Source: an uncultured archaeon (GTDB lineage Archaea > Asgardarchaeota > Lokiarchaeia > Sigyniarchaeales > SOKP01). Taken from it: a stretch of 10,314 bases of DNA. A program made the position numbers and the translations under genes. Position 1 is the stretch's first letter, and the number at the start of each line of letters is the position of its first letter. Under the pieces are notes generated by a model, which did no database searches, had not been told where the DNA came from, and saw nothing but the letters and a program-made list of their open reading frames with translations. Below, piece by piece: positions 7,206 to 10,314 of the stretch. The stretch spans positions 1 through 10,314 of the forward strand of contig CAYLZE010000145.1 of assembly GCA_964388035.1 (NCBI GenBank), in the 5' to 3' direction.

Positions 7206-7643
7206 ATGTCTTATAAAAAAATTATAACTGAAATTGAAGAAATCGTAAATAGAGAAACTAGAGCTTGGGATACACAAGATTTAGATCTATTAATGACCAT
7301 CTTCCATCCCGATATGGTTTGGCCTTGGCCGCGTACAGCTCAATCCCATAATCCCGTGGATTGGGACATGGAATGGGGTCGATATGATTATGAACGCTGG
7401 CGAAATGGCTGGGCAAAATTATTCTCTACTCATCATCTCGCTCATAATAATAGGGAAATTAAAAAAATAGTGCTTTCAAAAGAGCAGGATGGAGCATTCG
7501 CCGTGGTGGACATTGATACCTTATGGGTTGATTTCAGTGGAAAAGAAAATCACTGGAAGGGACGAACTTGCAAAATATATACTAAAATTGGTGAAAATTG
7601 GAAAATGATAATGCAAACTGGAGTATTAGAATATGAACGCTAA
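7206..7643 (+). CDS. NTF2/SnoaL-like fold protein (DUF4440-like), Trp-rich
   Basis: 145 aa with an N-terminal helix ETRAWDTQDLDLLMTIFHPD and a C-terminal KIYTKIGENWKMI strand pattern characteristic of the NTF2-like fold. Confidence 0.75.
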   Translation: MSYKKIITEIEEIVNRETRAWDTQDLDLLMTIFHPDMVWPWPRTAQSHNPVDWDMEWGRYDYERWRNGWAKLFSTHHLAHNNREIKKIVLSKEQDGAFAVVDIDTLWVDFSGKENHWKGRTCKIYTKIGENWKMIMQTGVLEYER

Positions 7644-7703
7644 TCTTACAAAAGGATGATCTTTTACTTCATGCGCGCTAGTTTTTTCTAGAAAAGTTGT
7701 TAT

Positions 7704-7711
7704 TTTATAAA
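7704..7711 (+). promoter_or_regulatory. Putative TATA box (TTTATAAA) of the PIN toxin-antitoxin operon
   Basis: Ends 27 nt before the TTG at 7739 and 36 nt before the ATG at 7748. The palindrome ttttctagaaaa (7684-7695) lies just upstream. Confidence 0.4.
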
Positions 7712-7747
7712 GTGTTTTTTTTATTGTTTTAGAAAAAATTGATTAAA

Positions 7748-8191
7748 ATGAGAATTTATCTTGATGTTTGTTGTTTTAATCGTCCATTTGATGATCAAAC
7801 TCATGAAAAAATTCACCTTGAATCTGAGGCAATACTAATTATTCTTTCCGATATCATATCTAAGCAGTGGGAAATAGTCGGAAGTGATATAATTGATTTT
7901 GAAATATCAAAAATCCCTGATATGGAACGAAGGAAGAAAGTAGAATTTCTTGCTCAAAAAATACAGGATAAACAATCTATTACTAATGAATTGATTCAAA
8001 GAGCAAGATTAATTGCAAAAAAAACTTTCAAAGATTTAGATGCATTACATATTGCTTCAGCTGAATTTTTAAAATCAGAATATTTTATAACTACGGACAA
8101 GAATATTATTAAAAAATATCAAAAAGATTTAGAATTTTTCAGTCAAATTAAAATATGTAATCCAATTTTCTTTTTAACAGAGGTATTATAA
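7748..8191 (+). CDS. PIN-domain ribonuclease (VapC-like toxin)
   Basis: MRIYLDVCCFNRPFDDQ (first catalytic Asp), FEISKI, DLDALHIASAE and FITTD (further acidic residues). Start is ATG 7748, or alternatively TTG 7739. Confidence 0.88.
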   Translation: MRIYLDVCCFNRPFDDQTHEKIHLESEAILIILSDIISKQWEIVGSDIIDFEISKIPDMERRKKVEFLAQKIQDKQSITNELIQRARLIAKKTFKDLDALHIASAEFLKSEYFITTDKNIIKKYQKDLEFFSQIKICNPIFFLTEVL

Positions 8192-8193
8192 TT

Positions 8194-8391
8194 ATGGATA
8201 TGAATCCAGTTGAAATAAGAAAAAAGGGAATCGAAGCATTAAATAAAGCACTAGGTCCAATAGGAATGGCACGTTTTTTACAACAATTTGAAACTGGCAC
8301 GGGAGATTATACTAAAGAACGGGAAAAATGGTTAAAAGATTATACTTTTGATTCTATTATTGATGAGATAAAAAAGAAGAAAATGTCATAA
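8194..8391 (+). CDS. Small putative antitoxin partner of the upstream PIN toxin
   Basis: 65 aa, 2 nt after the PIN stop. The pattern EIR-x-x-G-x-x-AL-x-x-x-LG-x-x-G-x-x-RF...G-x-GDYT-x-ER is one I recognise from small proteins downstream of this PIN subtype. Confidence 0.7.
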   Translation: MDMNPVEIRKKGIEALNKALGPIGMARFLQQFETGTGDYTKEREKWLKDYTFDSIIDEIKKKKMS

Positions 8392-8619
8392 TTGTTATAT
8401 AGACTTTCCGTTCTGTCAAACTGATATATATTAATGATTTAACTAAAGGCACTAAATAAAATGCTTCGCTAATAGAAGAAATTTTAAATAAATCTATTTA
8501 TTATAATTCCTCCAAGATTATCACCTCATTAATATAAATCTTAAAATTATAAGGGCTGTCATGTTTTAAATAAATAGAAAAAATCTAATTATTAAGAAAA
8601 ATAATCTTATTATTTTAGC

Positions 8620-9930
8620 ATGGTACGCCCTCCAACTGAACCAAATCTCTGTCTACGCTGTAAAGGATCAAGATTATTGTGTGGTAAGACCACGTGTCCT
8701 ATCTTATTAAAGAAGTCTGTTTTAAAGTCGATGATTCCCTTCGAACTTGATAAAACCAAGCGAAATGTCGATCTATTTGGAGCAAGTCCCCCGGGGATTT
8801 TTGTAGGTCATTTTAATTATCCTAATGTCTATATAGGACCTCTTGTTCCTTATCAAGAATTCAAATTGGATTTAGATGCTAGGGATAATTTCATTTTAGA
8901 TGCTCCAGAATTATGGTTTGGCAAAAAAATGGAGGAAATAATTACTTATCGGAGTAGCTTGGTACGTAATAATTTTGTTAGCAATGTAAAATATAATGAG
9001 GTAAATCGAAAAACTTCTCCTCCCTTAGAAACCCAAAGATTGCTTGCCACGTCACAAGAATTAGCCATGGCAGCCAAACCTGTAGATACCGAGACAAAAC
9101 TTCAAAAAATGAATTTACGATTGATGCTGGATAATCATACACCTCCTGTCGGACCAACCGGGCGGATGGAAAAAATTAGAATTGACGAAAACACTAAAAT
9201 CCATCCTAAAGTTGATTATTGCGTGTCAGACACGGATTTAAAAGCAAAAGATGCCATAACAGATTATCTCTATTTTAACGGGCACGTGCCAGAATCCACC
9301 ATTAAAAGAGTATTTTCTTCTGGGTTATTAGGAGAGAAAAAAAATAGGAAATTAGTTCCTACTCGATGGACCATAACAGCGGTAGATGATATCATTTCAA
9401 AAGCTTTAATTGAAGAAATAAAAACTTATCCTGAAATTAATGATTATCGTGTTTTTGAATCGAAATATCTAGATAATCATTTTAAAATACTACTTTTTCC
9501 CGGAAAGTTCATTTATGAAATGAATGAAGTGTGGGCAGCTCAAAGCCTTTGGAATCCCACTTACCAACCTCAAATTGCTACAGATTATGAATTTTACTCC
9601 GGTCGGAAGAATTATGCAAGTAATATCACGGGAGCATATTATGCCGCGCGTAAGTCCGTCTGTGAATATCTCCATGATATTAAACGACAGGCAAGAATAT
9701 TAATTTTCAGGGAAGTTTCAGGGGGATATGTGGTTCCATTAGGCGTTTGGGTTATTCGGGAAACCGTAAAAAATGCCATGTATACCCAAGAACCGAACAT
9801 TCTTGACAGCTTTAATAGTGCTTTAAAAGAGATGGCTAATGGCTTAATTCTAAATTTGGATAACTGGACACATAGCAGTAAAATTATTAATTTTATAAAG
9901 AACCAGAGAACTTTAGATCAATTCATGTAA
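8620..9930 (+). CDS. nreA: Archaeal DNA repair protein Nre (PCNA-interacting)
   Basis: N-terminal CLRCKG-x-x-x-LCG-x-x-x-CP metal-binding motif, G-x-SPP-x-x-FVG-x-x-x-YP-x-V, RKLVPTRWTITAVD, GAYYAAR, Y-x-x-PLGVW-x-IRE, and C-terminal PIP box QRTLDQF. Confidence 0.93.
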   Translation: MVRPPTEPNLCLRCKGSRLLCGKTTCPILLKKSVLKSMIPFELDKTKRNVDLFGASPPGIFVGHFNYPNVYIGPLVPYQEFKLDLDARDNFILDAPELWFGKKMEEIITYRSSLVRNNFVSNVKYNEVNRKTSPPLETQRLLATSQELAMAAKPVDTETKLQKMNLRLMLDNHTPPVGPTGRMEKIRIDENTKIHPKVDYCVSDTDLKAKDAITDYLYFNGHVPESTIKRVFSSGLLGEKKNRKLVPTRWTITAVDDIISKALIEEIKTYPEINDYRVFESKYLDNHFKILLFPGKFIYEMNEVWAAQSLWNPTYQPQIATDYEFYSGRKNYASNITGAYYAARKSVCEYLHDIKRQARILIFREVSGGYVVPLGVWVIRETVKNAMYTQEPNILDSFNSALKEMANGLILNLDNWTHSSKIINFIKNQRTLDQFM

Positions 9931-9966
9931 ATATTTGTTAATCTGATGTAAATATTTGTTAATCCG
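9925..9966 (+). repeat. 21-bp tandem direct repeat overlapping the nre stop codon
   Basis: atgtaaatatttgttaatctg (9925-9945) and atgtaaatatttgttaatccg (9946-9966), 20/21 identical. Confidence 0.9.
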
Positions 9967-9986
9967 ATAGATTAATTATTGGGGGA

Positions 9987-9999
9987 TTTTTTTTTTTTT
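9987..9999 (+). terminator. Oligo-T (T13) terminator of nre
   Basis: 13 consecutive T starting 56 nt after the nre stop, preceded by G5-A. Confidence 0.6.
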
Positions 10000-10124
10000 A
10001 ACTTAAAATATAAATAATTTTAGAATCATGTAAATAATAATCAGATTTTGGTTTAAGGAAAAGTAACTTGTGTATTATTTTCTTTAAACAAAATTAACAA
10101 TAATAAACTCGTGGAAATGAAATA

Positions 10125-10314
10125 ATGGCATGTGATCAATGTCTAGGGTTGCTTATCATAAGCGTTGTATGTTTTATCATTGGGGGGTATCTCATTAAAG
10201 ATTATTCAGAACGAAAAAAGATTTATTCAATATGGTTATCTCTGTTTTATTTCATTGCAGGAGCCGCGTGGCTTTTTAAATTACTGTTGTTAGATTGGCT
10301 ACTAAAAATATATT
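10125..10314 (+). CDS. 5' part of a predicted multi-pass membrane protein, truncated by the window edge
   Basis: Manual translation MACDQCLGLLIISVVCFIIGGYLIKDYSERKKIYSIWLSLFYFIAGAAWLFKLLLLDWLLKIY: 63 open codons, two hydrophobic helices separated by a basic loop. Not in the ORF track because there is no stop in the window. Confidence 0.7.
   Translation, partial: MACDQCLGLLIISVVCFIIGGYLIKDYSERKKIYSIWLSLFYFIAGAAWLFKLLLLDWLLKIY

Noticed and set aside
8392-8619. Long AT-rich spacer examined for a tRNA, ncRNA or IS ends (also 4889-5113)
   Set aside because: No cloverleaf, GC-rich stem or terminal inverted repeat is evident. The sequence is consistent with promoter/terminator DNA.
244-9675. Short alternative-frame and antisense ORFs in the track (e.g. 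244-489, 2057-2542, 3349-3618, 3902-4543, 4435-4659, 5749-5949, 6681-7025, 9490-9675)
   Set aside because: They overlap well-supported genes and have no recognisable motifs, so they are shadow ORFs.

Overview
AT-rich archaeal DNA. The archaeal Nre gene, the pair of MoeA paralogs, TATA-like promoters, oligo-T terminators and the general style suggest an Asgard/Lokiarchaeia-type genome; this taxonomy is inference only. Gene order: a Mo/W-cofactor cluster moeA-moaB-moeA (+); a convergent gene for a membrane-anchored or secreted, Cys-rich, 8-repeat beta-propeller-like glycoprotein (-); a divergent MoxR-type AAA+ ATPase followed by a VWA/MIDAS protein (+); an NTF2/SnoaL-like protein; a PIN toxin followed by a small putative antitoxin; the DNA-repair protein Nre with a C-terminal PIP box; and the start of a membrane-protein gene. 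The most notable unexplained signal is the AAA+/VWA junction. A G_GAU_UUU slippery heptamer lies one sense codon before the ATPase stop, and a hairpin or pseudoknot candidate begins 8 nt downstream. The -1 frame is open and encodes an acidic linker running into the VWA ORF. This is a candidate programmed -1 ribosomal frameshift giving both a free ATPase and a ~659-aa ChlD-like AAA-linker-VWA fusion.
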